Assembly (NCBI GenBank): GCA_043717975.1
Contig: JAYSWO010000411.1
Coordinates: 1 to 54,021, forward strand
DNA: 54,021 nucleotides
Origin: Ferruginibacter sp.
Lineage (GTDB): Bacteria; Bacteroidota; Bacteroidia; Chitinophagales; Chitinophagaceae
Direction of reading: 5' to 3'
Shown here: one piece after another, positions 9,701-18,891 of the stretch
How the letters are laid out: each line of letters starts with the position of its first letter
Position numbering within the stretch: the first letter of the stretch is position 1
Translations under genes and position numbers: made by a program
The notes under the pieces: generated by a model
Told to the model about the DNA's origin: nothing
Database searches by the model: none
What the model saw: the letters and a program-made list of their open reading frames with translations, nothing else

Positions 9701-10440
9701 CCTTTTACTTTTATGGTGCGCTTCATATCGCCTACTTCTATAAGCCCTCCTGTTATATCATGGTTTTCTCTGTTTACTGCATTTTCTATATCCGTAAAAG
9801 AAATGCTAGCGGCTTGCATTTTATAAGGATCTGCATTTATTTGTATTTCCCGCTCTGGTGCACCTACTATTTCTGCACGAGTCAATTCACTAAGTTCTTC
9901 AAATCTATCTTGCAATTTTTCTGCATATGCTTTTAATTTTACACCATCATAATCTCCACTTACGTTTACAAACATGATGGGCATTTCGCTAAATGCAAAC
10001 TCTTGCGCATTGGGCTGTGAAGTAAGATCGTTGGGTAAATCTGTCTTTGCTTTATCTATAGCATCTTTTACTTTTAGTTTCGCCAATTCTGTTTTTACAT
10101 CACTATCAAATTCTACAATAATTAAACTATAATCTGTTTGAGATGTGCTGGTAATTTTTTTCACCTTGGCACCACTGATCCCTTTAAGTTGTTTTTCAAT
10201 TGGCCTTGTTACAAGGTTTTCTATATCTTTTGGGGAGTTGCCTACATAAATAGTAGTAACACTCACTGTGGGCATTACAATATCTGGAAACTGTTCTTTA
10301 GGCAATGTATTAAATTGATACATACCAATGAAAGTGATGATAGCAGCCATTATGTAAATAACGGTTTTGTTATCTATTGCCCAAGAGGTGGGTTTAAACT
10401 GTTTAAATTTTTTTGCAATGCCTTCTACGAAATGATGCAT
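6796..10440 (-). CDS. RND efflux transporter permease (AcrB/AcrD/AcrF family)
   Basis: GIIVDDAIVVIEN, GIVIKNGILLIEF and R..PVLLTA.AT..GLLPLA motifs; two large periplasmic loops. Confidence 0.95.
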   Translation of the reverse strand: MHHFVEGIAKKFKQFKPTSWAIDNKTVIYIMAAIITFIGMYQFNTLPKEQFPDIVMPTVSVTTIYVGNSPKDIENLVTRPIEKQLKGISGAKVKKITSTSQTDYSLIIVEFDSDVKTELAKLKVKDAIDKAKTDLPNDLTSQPNAQEFAFSEMPIMFVNVSGDYDGVKLKAYAEKLQDRFEELSELTRAEIVGAPEREIQINADPYKMQAASISFTDIENAVNRENHDITGGLIEVGDMKRTIKVKGQFTSALDLQNIIVRSSSRGASLYLRDIAELKDTIKQKESYARLDGKNVVTLNIVKRSGENLIIAAGKVKDIVKQMKDAEELPKNLNVVITGDQSKTTATSFNDLVNTIIIGFILVLLVLMFFMGVTNAFFVALSVPLSIFVAFMFLPLGNLIIGTPITLNFIVLFALLFGLGIIVDDAIVVIENTHRIYNNGKVNIVRSAKEAAGEIFIPVLAGTATTLAPFFPLLFWKGIIGKFMIYLPTMLILTLAASLIVAFIFNPVFAVSFMKPEGKEYEEKKSLIFKKWWFWAAIIMGVIFNVMAFVIGSGNMYLEGTRLFTEIVDKKYSLHGYGNFLLFMAMLVVLNRYVFRNIIHTFQNRILPGLMRRYEKLLRWVLQGTRPAWLLVSLFLLFPISVALLMARGNKSTFFPSGDPNFIYVYLKLPVGTSIKKTDSVLRVLETRVQKVLAKELPTQPGGIVESVIANVANSANNPRDNNRSVQPNLGRIQVSFVEFEKRDGKKTKPFLDDIRLAMKGIPGASIEVGQEDGGPPTDPPVNIEIVGDEYDEIAKVATNLSNYLDTNQIKGIENLHTDVDLNSPEITVNIDREKAMAQGLSTGQIGMELRTAVFGKEVSKLKDGEDEYKIQLRTADLLRNNITDLMNLRITFMDMNTMGIKSIPVGAVATIDYTNTSGAIARKNVKRTIQLQSNVLDQSMVQGVNAELADKIADFKNITKIPASITIRQSGQSEQEADTSKFLLGALLGALALIFLILVLQFNALSKPFIVLTEIFFSVIGVLLGYAFTGMTIATIMLGVGIIGLAGIVIKNGILLIEFTDELRGRGMRMREAAIQGGKIRIIPVLLTALATMLGLLPLAVGFNINFVSFFQHLNPHIFFGGDSVVFWGPLSWTIIFGLIFAFFLTLIMVPSMYIIAERLKRPMEQFYGGRWIGILGFAGPFFFIFVGLMYLVRRIQGKKVWNGTLKNTSPKKV

Positions 10441-10467
10441 AAATATCTTTTTAATTCTTTCTAAATA

Positions 10468-11709
10468 TTATAACGATGTAGCAATAGATTGATTTTCGTA
10501 CAGGTTTTGATACCCTTCGGTAATCAATTGCTCCCCACCAGTAAGGCCAGTTTTTACCTCCACATTACTGCCATAAAACTCGCCGATATTTATATTTTTC
10601 TTTTTAGCTATGGCTTTGCCGTTACTTAGTTTTTCTAATACGTATACATATTTCCCAGCCTCGTCTGTTTGCACCACATTTACAGGTATTACCACTACGT
10701 TTGGTGCACTATAATCTAAGATGCGCACTTTAGCCGTTTGGTTTGGTTTTAAGCTAGCATCAAAAGGTATTTTAATATCCACACTAAAACCACGGTTTAC
10801 ATCCACCGATTGGCTAATTAAGGATACAGATGCATTAAACGTTTTGTTTACATCTGGCACAGAAACCTCAGCTGGTATGCCTGTGCGTATGCGTGATAAA
10901 TAATTTTCCGGAATGCTTGTTACTACCTTAAGAGAAGAAGTATTTACAATTTTTATTTGGGGACCCATTGCGCCCATTCCTGTAAATGTTTCACCAATTT
11001 TTATATTTACTTGGTCAGCTATGCCTGATACGTCACTATACACATTGGCAGTATTCATTTGCTCTTTTGCTAGGTTTACTTGCTCATATACTGCTTTTAC
11101 ACTTTCTTCCGCAGATGAAAGTTGGTTTTCTAAACCTGTAACATTTGTTTTTGCAGTTATCAATTGTACTTCGGTGCCAATACCTTGGTCCCAAAGATTT
11201 TTTTGACGTTGGTAAATATTCTTTGCGAAATTTAATTGTGTTTTTATACCATCCAATTGTTGCTTTGCCGCTTGCGCTTGTTGCCTAGCACCCTGTACTT
11301 GTTGGCTTACGATGGCATTGTCTAATCTTAACACAAGCTGTCCTTTTTTCACATACTGTCCTTCTTTTACATAAATCGCTCTTACTTGTCCACCCATGCC
11401 TCGTGGAGATATATAAGAAATATTATCTGCATCTACCTTGCCTTGCAGATCTATATAGTGTGTAAAATTTTGTATAGTAACTGGTATGGTAGAAACCAAT
11501 TTTATTTTAGCCGCTTCGCCACCACCACTTGCATTTACTTCTTCTTGAAGCTTTTTTATTTCTTCTGCTTTTTTAGCATTGTCTGCTTTTAGCTTTTCTA
11601 TGGCAGCTTTTTTATCGTTCAAGTTTGCTGTTGCATCTTTTTTTGAACTACAAGATGCAGCTACCAATGCAAGTGAAGCGCAAATAATGAAGGTTGTTAC
11701 TCTTTTCAT
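10468..11709 (-). CDS. RND efflux periplasmic adaptor (MFP) lipoprotein
   Basis: Lipobox AASC; V.EGQ.VKKGQ lipoyl-like motif; coiled coil; GL.GGE..ITEG. Confidence 0.93.
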   Translation of the reverse strand: MKRVTTFIICASLALVAASCSSKKDATANLNDKKAAIEKLKADNAKKAEEIKKLQEEVNASGGGEAAKIKLVSTIPVTIQNFTHYIDLQGKVDADNISYISPRGMGGQVRAIYVKEGQYVKKGQLVLRLDNAIVSQQVQGARQQAQAAKQQLDGIKTQLNFAKNIYQRQKNLWDQGIGTEVQLITAKTNVTGLENQLSSAEESVKAVYEQVNLAKEQMNTANVYSDVSGIADQVNIKIGETFTGMGAMGPQIKIVNTSSLKVVTSIPENYLSRIRTGIPAEVSVPDVNKTFNASVSLISQSVDVNRGFSVDIKIPFDASLKPNQTAKVRILDYSAPNVVVIPVNVVQTDEAGKYVYVLEKLSNGKAIAKKKNINIGEFYGSNVEVKTGLTGGEQLITEGYQNLYENQSIATSL

Positions 11710-11777
11710 TTTTTTATTTTTTATTCGTTTAGTTCGTTTAGGTATTAAATTATAAAAGTTCCAGTCTACCGCCTTTT

Positions 11778-13115
11778 TTATAATTTTCCTACCGCTTTTA
11801 AATAATCAATTTTAGCAATTACGGCATCATATAATGCGCTGTAGTAATTGGTTTGTGCTACTTTAAGTTCTGTTTGTGCAGTATATATTTCTTGATTGCT
11901 TCCGAGCCCTGATTCGTATTTTTTCTTAGTAGTGTTGTACACTTTTTCAGCTAGTGTTACATTTTGTTTTTGATTATCAATAGTTGCTATGGCACTTTTC
12001 ATTTTTATTCTAGCACTGCTTACATCAAAATCTATATTTTGCTCTAGTTGCTCTAATGAATTCTTTGTTTTTTCAATATCGTATTTTACCTTTTGTATTT
12101 TGGCTCTACGAGCATTGCCATCAAAAATAGGAACAGATAATTTTAATCCAATTAGAGATGTTTCAAACCAATCTCCCTTGTCAAAAAGATCGAATGTGGT
12201 ACGTTGCGCATTTTTTTGATACGATCCAAAAGCCGCTAGAGTAGGTATTCTACTTAGTTTATATCTGCGTAAATTAAATTCATTTAATTTTGAAGCAACT
12301 GTAAGCAACTGAAATTCTTTTCTATCCTTATAGTCATATTTTTCATCTAAAATATTTTCTTTTAATTGGTCTTCGCTAATCGTATCTGTCAATATCAACA
12401 AATCTTTCTGTGGCATATTCATTAAAAATTTTAACCCTGCATTACCAGCATCCAGTTGGTTTTCTATTTTTATTTTTTCTGTATTTAAATTGTTTAAAGC
12501 AACCTGCACCTTATCAACATCTAACTTTTCTACAAATCCATTTTTAAAAATTTCTTTTGTGTCTCTTAATAATTTTTCGAAACGTTCAATATTTGCATCA
12601 ACACTAGTCAATTGTTTTTTACCTACTACCAACTGATAGTATATTTTGTAAATGTTTACTTTAATTTGTTCTGCGGTTACTTCCGATGTTTTTGTAACCA
12701 ATTGCATAGCTGCGTCACGGGCCTGAAGCCCAACAAAGACCTGCCCATCAAATAGTATCTGAGATGCATCTATACTTCCTGTTGCATTATACTTAGTTCC
12801 AAATTGAACAGGTATAAAGCTTCCGGCTGCGCCACCAAAAATTTGTGCAGGGAGCAAGCTAGTAGGAATCGTTAGAAAATTATTAAAAGTACCACCGGCA
12901 CTTATTTGTGGAAGCGCCAGAGCAGTTATCTCCCTGTTCGTCTGCTTCTGTATTTTAATATCAATCAATGAATTTCTTACTGCTACAGAATTTTTTACAC
13001 CATAATCTACGGCTTGTTTTATACTAAATTCATTTTTTTGCTGCGCCATTATTTTTGTTGATGAAAAAACAATCATCATTAAAAATATTTTTTTTGTATT
13101 TAATAATTTCTTCAT
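11778..13115 (-). CDS. TolC family outer membrane efflux protein
   Basis: Signal peptide; LPQIS, LSVPIFDG and KYESG motifs; operon context. Confidence 0.93.
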   Translation of the reverse strand: MKKLLNTKKIFLMMIVFSSTKIMAQQKNEFSIKQAVDYGVKNSVAVRNSLIDIKIQKQTNREITALALPQISAGGTFNNFLTIPTSLLPAQIFGGAAGSFIPVQFGTKYNATGSIDASQILFDGQVFVGLQARDAAMQLVTKTSEVTAEQIKVNIYKIYYQLVVGKKQLTSVDANIERFEKLLRDTKEIFKNGFVEKLDVDKVQVALNNLNTEKIKIENQLDAGNAGLKFLMNMPQKDLLILTDTISEDQLKENILDEKYDYKDRKEFQLLTVASKLNEFNLRRYKLSRIPTLAAFGSYQKNAQRTTFDLFDKGDWFETSLIGLKLSVPIFDGNARRAKIQKVKYDIEKTKNSLEQLEQNIDFDVSSARIKMKSAIATIDNQKQNVTLAEKVYNTTKKKYESGLGSNQEIYTAQTELKVAQTNYYSALYDAVIAKIDYLKAVGKL

Positions 13116-13116
13116 T

Positions 13117-13749
13117 CTATGCTACTTTTTTGTTTCTATATTCTTGATACTTTAAGGCAACTTTAAAACCTTTTGGTGTTACCAAACCAAATAAAAAATG
13201 AAGGGTAAGTTCTTCTTCTATTACCGCAAGGTTGTCTTTTATTTTTGCTTGAAACTCTGGGCTAAAAGGCAGCATCATACTCTCTACCCTAAACCTTGCC
13301 AAAATTTCTGTTCTTAAATCTTCTCTGTATAATTCTTCTTCAATGCCTCTCTTTAAATTTTGTAAAATAACACCAAATAAGAAATCATCTTTATGCTGTA
13401 TAAAGCGCCTAAAAGATTTAGGGTGGTATTTTTGCAAATCGAATAGCAATGATGGATTCATAGATTTAAACATCTCTACAATAAACTCTATGGCTAAAAA
13501 TATTTCATGAATGGCATTTTCCGATCTTGCTCTATCTCTTTCGCAGCAAAATTCATCATGCTCAAATACAGAGGCAATGATGGCATCTACCAATGCATCT
13601 TTATCTTCATAAAATTGATAAATCGTTTTTTTGCTCATACCCAAATTAGACGCAATATCATCCATACTCACGCTGCGTATGCCAAATTTCATACACAATT
13701 CATGCGCTTTTTGCTTTATCCTTTCGGCTGTATCGGTTACCTCTGTCAT
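13117..13749 (-). CDS. TetR/AcrR family transcriptional regulator
   Basis: HTH SMDDIA..LGMSKKTIYQFY.DK; first gene of the efflux operon. Confidence 0.93.
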   Translation of the reverse strand: MTEVTDTAERIKQKAHELCMKFGIRSVSMDDIASNLGMSKKTIYQFYEDKDALVDAIIASVFEHDEFCCERDRARSENAIHEIFLAIEFIVEMFKSMNPSLLFDLQKYHPKSFRRFIQHKDDFLFGVILQNLKRGIEEELYREDLRTEILARFRVESMMLPFSPEFQAKIKDNLAVIEEELTLHFLFGLVTPKGFKVALKYQEYRNKKVA

Positions 13750-13759
13750 AATTTGCCAA

Positions 13760-13796
13760 CAAAACTACGGAAACTTTTTATGTAACCAAAGTTTCC
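13760..13796 (-). promoter_or_regulatory. Efflux operon promoter (-7 TAGTTTTG) with probable TetR operator
   Basis: -7 element at 13760-13767 (minus strand); perfect inverted repeat GGAAACTTT-N10-AAAGTTTCC at 13769-13796. Confidence 0.7.
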
Positions 13797-13894
13797 ATGT
13801 TATTTTTTTATGAATTATAGCCATTTATGTATAAAATTGTTTAATTCCTGCTCTGTAAACAATAAATTATCTTTGAAAAATAAACTATAAAATC

Positions 13895-14500
13895 ATGGAT
13901 CGTCGCTTTGAATACAGAAAACTGTTGCAGTACTTTTTACAAGGTGTATTGATATTGGCACCTGTAGCCATCACTTTTTACACCTTATTTTTTGTAATTG
14001 CTACTATAGATGCTTGGTTGCCTATTTTTCAGTATAAAGATGAAGCTGGCATACCTCATGTGCGCAATTATGGGTTGGGGTTTATTATTATTTTAACGGC
14101 TGTGGTTGTAATTGGTTACTTTAGTTCGTTTTTTATTACTGGGCGTATTGTAAGTTTTATGGATAGAATTTTAGAAAAAACGCCGGGTTTAAAACATATA
14201 TATGGTACTACAAAAGATTTCTTTGAAGCATTTGCAGGCGATAAGAAAAAATTCACACAAAACGTATTGGCCAATGTAGATGATAATGATGTATGGCGCA
14301 TGGGTTTTATTACAAAAGATGATATGAGCGATTTTGGGTTGATAGATTATGTAGCAGTGTATATTCCCATGGCATATTCTGTAGCTGGAAATGTATATAT
14401 TATTCCAAAAAGTAGAATAAAGCATATTACTAATATTACGAGTGCACAAACCATGAAGTTTGCAGTAAGTGGTGGGGTAACGGATATTACAGAAGAATAA
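13895..14500 (+). CDS. DUF502 family membrane protein
   Basis: YFLQG...P...T, two TM segments, P....IY...KD, GFIT, VAVYIP, SGGV. Confidence 0.85.
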   Translation: MDRRFEYRKLLQYFLQGVLILAPVAITFYTLFFVIATIDAWLPIFQYKDEAGIPHVRNYGLGFIIILTAVVVIGYFSSFFITGRIVSFMDRILEKTPGLKHIYGTTKDFFEAFAGDKKKFTQNVLANVDDNDVWRMGFITKDDMSDFGLIDYVAVYIPMAYSVAGNVYIIPKSRIKHITNITSAQTMKFAVSGGVTDITEE

Positions 14501-14503
14501 GAA

Positions 14504-14550
14504 GCCGATATGCAAATGGGAAAATATGCAAATGTGCAAATATGAGGAAT
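14504..14550. repeat. Degenerate 8-bp tandem repeat (GCAAATRT)
   Basis: gccgatat gcaaatgg gaaaatat gcaaatgt gcaaatat. Confidence 0.65.
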
Positions 14551-14605
14551 CTGCTAACTTGTTATAACTTGTAGTTTTTAATGGGATTTAATGTATTATA
14601 ACATT

Positions 14606-15583
14606 ATGAAAAAAATATTGAAGGCCGCTTTACTGCTATCAGTTTTAATGATGATGTATCTACCATCATTTTGTTGGGGGTTTTATGCACATCAAAAAAT
14701 AAATTATTATGCATGTTTTTTATTGCCGCCAGAAATGATGGTGCTATACAAGCCTAATATAAATTTTGTGACTGAGCATTCTATTGATCCTGACAAAAGA
14801 AGGTATGCTGTAAAAGATGAAGGCCCGAGACATTATATAGATATTGACAAATATGGTGAATACCCATACAACGAAGTGCCCAGAAAATGGAAAGATGCTG
14901 TAGCAAAATTTTCTGAAGATTCATTAATGATGCACGGTATTGTGCCTTGGCATATACAGGTAATGCTTGGTAGGCTAACCGCTGCATTTAAAGAAAAAAA
15001 TTATAGTAAAATAATGAAGAACAGTGCTGAGATTGGGCACTACATAGCAGACTCGCACGTACCCCTGCACACCAGCAGCAACCACAATGGTCAGCTTACC
15101 AACCAAAAAGGCATACATGGTTTTTGGGAGAGCCGAGTGCCAGAATTGCTGGCAGAAAAAGAATGGGACTTTATGATTGGCAAAGCTGCTTACATAAAAG
15201 ACCCATTAAAATATACTTGGGATAGAGTATTGGAAAGTGCCAAAGCAAGCGATAGTGTTCTAACTTTTGAAAGAGAACTAACCAAACAATTTTCAGCAGA
15301 TAAAAAATATTCTTTTGAAGAAAGAAATGGCAAAACCATTCGCCAATATTCATCGGCATTTACCATTGCATTTAATAAAAAATTAGATGGTATGATTGAA
15401 AGGAGAATGCGCCTTTCCATACAAAGCATAGCATCATTTTGGTTTACTGCCTGGGTAAATGCTGGGCAGCCAAATTTAAAAGGGTTGGTTAATCAAAAAT
15501 TTAGTGCAGAAGATGCCAAGGAATTTGAAGAACTAAATGCAAAATGGAATAATGGTGGAAAGATGATTGGGAGGGAGGAGTAG
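14606..15583 (+). CDS. S1/P1 nuclease / zinc-dependent phospholipase C family protein, secreted
   Basis: Signal peptide followed by WGFYAH; HYID, HYIADSHVPLH and HGFWE zinc ligands. Confidence 0.85.
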   Translation: MKKILKAALLLSVLMMMYLPSFCWGFYAHQKINYYACFLLPPEMMVLYKPNINFVTEHSIDPDKRRYAVKDEGPRHYIDIDKYGEYPYNEVPRKWKDAVAKFSEDSLMMHGIVPWHIQVMLGRLTAAFKEKNYSKIMKNSAEIGHYIADSHVPLHTSSNHNGQLTNQKGIHGFWESRVPELLAEKEWDFMIGKAAYIKDPLKYTWDRVLESAKASDSVLTFERELTKQFSADKKYSFEERNGKTIRQYSSAFTIAFNKKLDGMIERRMRLSIQSIASFWFTAWVNAGQPNLKGLVNQKFSAEDAKEFEELNAKWNNGGKMIGREE

Positions 15584-15659
15584 CAGTTGGCAGTTCGCAA
15601 AAAGCAGTTAGCAATTTGCAGTTGGCAATTTGCAGTTGGCAATTTGCAAAAAGAAGTTA
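15583..15659. repeat. 7-bp tandem repeat array (GCARTTN, about 11 units)
   Basis: gcagttg gcagttc gcaaaaa gcagtta gcaattt gcagttg gcaattt gcagttg gcaattt gcaaaaa gaagtta. Confidence 0.85.
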
Positions 15660-15676
15660 GTAAAATGAAGACTACA

Positions 15677-15729
15677 CAACCTTGAACCTTCAACTTTCAA
15701 CCTTGAACTTTCTTTCAACCTTCAACTTA
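15677..15729. repeat. Second 7-bp tandem repeat array (SAACYTT, about 7 units)
   Basis: caacctt gaacctt caacttt caacctt gaacttt [cttt] caacctt caactta. Confidence 0.8.
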
Positions 15730-16298
15730 ATGTTAAACCCAGTATTGTATTTACGCTTTACACCAATGGCATATCCTACAAACACGCTCCCATTTGTACA
15801 CAAGCTTTTATTTTTCTCATTCTGCTCTACTGCCACACCCGGAGCTTTTCGTATAAGCTCTATTGCATCAGAGCCTACTGCATTTATAGTGCCTTCTACA
15901 TTCACCACCATTTTATCTGGCTTTACTTCTAGTATTTGTCTTTTAATAGTTACAACCATTTCTTTTAAATCATTTTTACTTGTTTGTAAAAACACAGTAG
16001 GTATAATTTTTATTTCGTTTGGTTGATTTACATAAGGCATGGTTTTATTAGCATAAAAAACCTACATAAGAAATCGTTAATTGAAAACTATCTACCTGTA
16101 TGTTTTCAAACAAAAATTCTTCCTGTTTATATGTAGCTGTATATTTTATAATTTTTTAATAGTAAAGTTGGAAAGTACAACTGTGCAACCGTTATGCCAT
16201 GTAGAATCCCCATTTAAAACCATACCCACAATTTTTTGACCAAAACTAGACAAACTGCTCAAAACAATGGCAAGTATGGGTACTATTCTCTTATTCAT
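15690..16298 (-). pseudogene. Degraded 5' remnant of a TonB-dependent receptor / outer-membrane beta-barrel gene
   Basis: ATG at 16298 gives a signal peptide (MNKRIVPILAIVLSSLSSFGQ) then a stop. Another frame gives FENIQVDSFQLTISYVGF. ORF 15690-16040 has LKEMVVT..RQILEVKPDKMVVNVEGTINAVGSDAIELIRKAPGV; the barrel is absent. Confidence 0.75.
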
Positions 16299-16442
16299 GC
16301 TTTTACGTTTTTTTATGTTGGGTAAATTACAGCTATTTTTCAGGCTCCTTTACCCTCACATAGCATTTTAAAATTAAATTTTTTACTTTTTCTTGTAGCG
16401 TAAAAGTTTACTTTTACAACTCATTTTAATAAACAGTACAGA

Positions 16443-17507
16443 GTGGTTTACAATTTTAACGCAGGGCCGTCTATTTTACCAAAAGAGGTTTTTGAAGAAG
16501 CTGCTGCCGCAGTTTTAAATTTCAATAATTCAGGGCTTTCTATTTTAGAGTATGGGCATCGCACAGCTGCTTTTGAAGGCGTAATGCTAGAGGCAAGAAT
16601 GCTTATGAAAGAATTGATGAACCTAGATGATGACCATGAAGTATTGTTTTTGCACGGTGGCGCTTCTGCACAGTTTATGCAAGTACCAATGAACCTGCTA
16701 GATATTAAAGAAACTGCGGCATATACAGATACAGGCGTGTGGGCTGCCAAGGCTATTAAAGAAGCAAAATTATTTGGCAAGCCTGAAGTGGTTTGTTCAT
16801 CAAAAGAAAAAAATTACACTTTTTTGCCAAAAGATTTTGCCGTACCTAACGATGCAAAATATTTACACATTACTACCAACAATACCATTTACGGTACGCA
16901 GTGGCAAAAAATACCAGTTACCTCTAACTCTATGATTGCAGATATGAGTAGTGATATTTTGAGTAGAGATATGAATTTTAATGCATTTGACCTAATATAT
17001 GCTGGTGCCCAAAAAAATATTGGTGCAGCAGGAGTAACAATCGTTGTTGTAAATAAAAATATTTTAGGAAAAATAAAACGTGCTATTCCTACAATGATGG
17101 ATTATCGCAATCATATTGCCGAAGGTAGTATGCTAAACACGCCTCCAGTATTTGCAGTGTACACATGTATGCTCACACTACGCTGGTTAAAAAAACAAGG
17201 TGGCGTAAAAGCCATTGAAAAAATAAACAATGAAAAAGCAGCGTTACTCTACGAGGAAATAGATAGAAATAGTTTGTTTAAAGGCACAGTAGAAAAAGAA
17301 GATAGAAGTAAAATGAATGTGTGCTTTGTAATGAATGATGCCACGAAAGAAGCCGCTTTTTTACAATACGCTACTGAGCATGGTATAATAGGTATTAAAG
17401 GTCACAGAAGTGTTGGTGGTTTTAGAGCATCTCTCTACAATGCCATGCCACTAAGCAGTGTTCAGGTGTTGGTAGATTTAATGAAGGCGTTTGAAAATGA
17501 TAATTAG
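16443..17507 (+). CDS. serC: Phosphoserine aminotransferase
   Basis: YNFNAGPS, DMSSD, YAGAQKNIG (PLP Lys), NTPP, KGHRSVGGFRASLYNA; GTG start. Confidence 0.97.
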   Translation: MVYNFNAGPSILPKEVFEEAAAAVLNFNNSGLSILEYGHRTAAFEGVMLEARMLMKELMNLDDDHEVLFLHGGASAQFMQVPMNLLDIKETAAYTDTGVWAAKAIKEAKLFGKPEVVCSSKEKNYTFLPKDFAVPNDAKYLHITTNNTIYGTQWQKIPVTSNSMIADMSSDILSRDMNFNAFDLIYAGAQKNIGAAGVTIVVVNKNILGKIKRAIPTMMDYRNHIAEGSMLNTPPVFAVYTCMLTLRWLKKQGGVKAIEKINNEKAALLYEEIDRNSLFKGTVEKEDRSKMNVCFVMNDATKEAAFLQYATEHGIIGIKGHRSVGGFRASLYNAMPLSSVQVLVDLMKAFENDN

Positions 17508-17619
17508 TTAATGGTTGATTAAAAGCAATTTTTCTAATACTACACAAACTAAACTTCTACACGCCTAAACTTTCTTAACCATTTATTAAATAGTAGAATT
17601 AATTTAAAGAATAAAAAAT

Positions 17620-18849
17620 ATGATTACAATTTCACCATTTGCAGCACTAAGGCCAGAAGTAGCACATGCAAAAGAAGTAGCATCACGCCCATATGATGTG
17701 ATGAGTACAGAGGAAGCAAGGATAGAAACACAAGGCAACTCAAAATCGTATTTACATATTACAAGAAGTGAAATAGATTTACCTGAGAATATAGATGTAC
17801 ATAGCCAAGAAGTGTATGAAAAAGCCAAAGAAAATTTAGCAGCTTTTATAAGTAGAAATATTTTATTTATAGAAAACAAACCATGCTACTATATTTATGA
17901 GCTTACCATGAATGGAAGAAAACAAACTGGGTTGGTATGCGGTAGCTCGGTAGATGATTATGAAAATGGCTTAATAAAAAAACATGAATTTACCAGACCA
18001 GAAAAAGAGCTTGACAGAATTACACATATAAAAACTACCGGCGCACAAACAGGCAATGTATTCATTGCATATAAAAATGTAGAAGAAATAGATACGCTTA
18101 TACACATTTGCAAAACAGATAAAACACCACAATACAGTTTAGTGGCAGATGATGGAATTGAGCATAAAATATGGGTGGTAAATGATGAAGAAACGATTAA
18201 AGAAATAACAAAACTATTTAAAGAAAAAGTTCCTGCTACTTATATTGCTGATGGGCATCATCGTGCAGCATCTGCAGCAAAAGTAAGGGCTGCTTTAGGA
18301 GCAGATGCTACTGCAAATGCTGATATTTTTCTTACCACCTTATTTCCATCAAATCAATTGCACATTATGGATTATAATCGTGTGGTGAAAGATTTGAATG
18401 GATTGAGTGAACCAGATTTTTTTGCAAAAATGGCTACAAATTTTTCTGTAGAAAAAGTAGGCGAAGCTGTAAGACCAGCTAGTATGCATGAGTTTGGTAT
18501 GTACATAAATAAGCAATGGTATAAACTTACCGCCAAAGCAAACATTATTAAAAAAGATGTGTTGGGTGTGTTAGATGTAAACATAATGCAAGAAAATATA
18601 TTAACCCCTATTTTAAATATTGTGGACCAGCGTACGGACAAAAGAATAGATTTTGTAGGCGGTATAAGAGGCTTGCAAGCTTTAGAAAAAAGAGTGGATA
18701 GCGGCGAAATGGCTCTGGCTATTAGCTTATACCCTGTAAGCATTGAACAACTTTTTGCAGTAGCAGATAGTGGAGATGTAATGCCACCAAAAAGCACATG
18801 GTTTGAGCCAAAACTTAGAGATGGGTTACTTACACATTTAATTAACTAA
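17620..18849 (+). CDS. DUF1015 family protein (ParB/Srx-like DGHHR motif)
   Basis: PYDV, IKKHEFT, YIADGHHR and MPPKSTWFEPKLRDGL motifs. Confidence 0.92.
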   Translation: MITISPFAALRPEVAHAKEVASRPYDVMSTEEARIETQGNSKSYLHITRSEIDLPENIDVHSQEVYEKAKENLAAFISRNILFIENKPCYYIYELTMNGRKQTGLVCGSSVDDYENGLIKKHEFTRPEKELDRITHIKTTGAQTGNVFIAYKNVEEIDTLIHICKTDKTPQYSLVADDGIEHKIWVVNDEETIKEITKLFKEKVPATYIADGHHRAASAAKVRAALGADATANADIFLTTLFPSNQLHIMDYNRVVKDLNGLSEPDFFAKMATNFSVEKVGEAVRPASMHEFGMYINKQWYKLTAKANIIKKDVLGVLDVNIMQENILTPILNIVDQRTDKRIDFVGGIRGLQALEKRVDSGEMALAISLYPVSIEQLFAVADSGDVMPPKSTWFEPKLRDGLLTHLIN

Positions 18850-18853
18850 AAGT

Positions 18854-18880
18854 AAGGCGCTTTTTAAGCGCCCTTTTTTT
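18854..18880 (+). terminator. Intrinsic terminator
   Basis: GGCGCTT-ttt-AAGCGCC followed by a T-tract. Confidence 0.75.
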
Positions 18881-18891
18881 ATATTTACAGC

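Noticed and set aside
6977-12219. Many plus-strand ORFs over the efflux operon
   Set aside because: They are antisense shadows of well-supported genes; the same applies to the short antisense ORFs elsewhere in the window.
15493-16026. ORFs 15493-15693 (-) and 15682-16026 (+)
   Set aside because: They arise from heptamer repeats (ANCQL runs) and the antisense of the pseudogene.
17535-17580. Weak CTAAACTT/CTACAC repeats between serC and DUF1015
   Set aside because: Too short and degenerate to separate from chance in AT-rich DNA.
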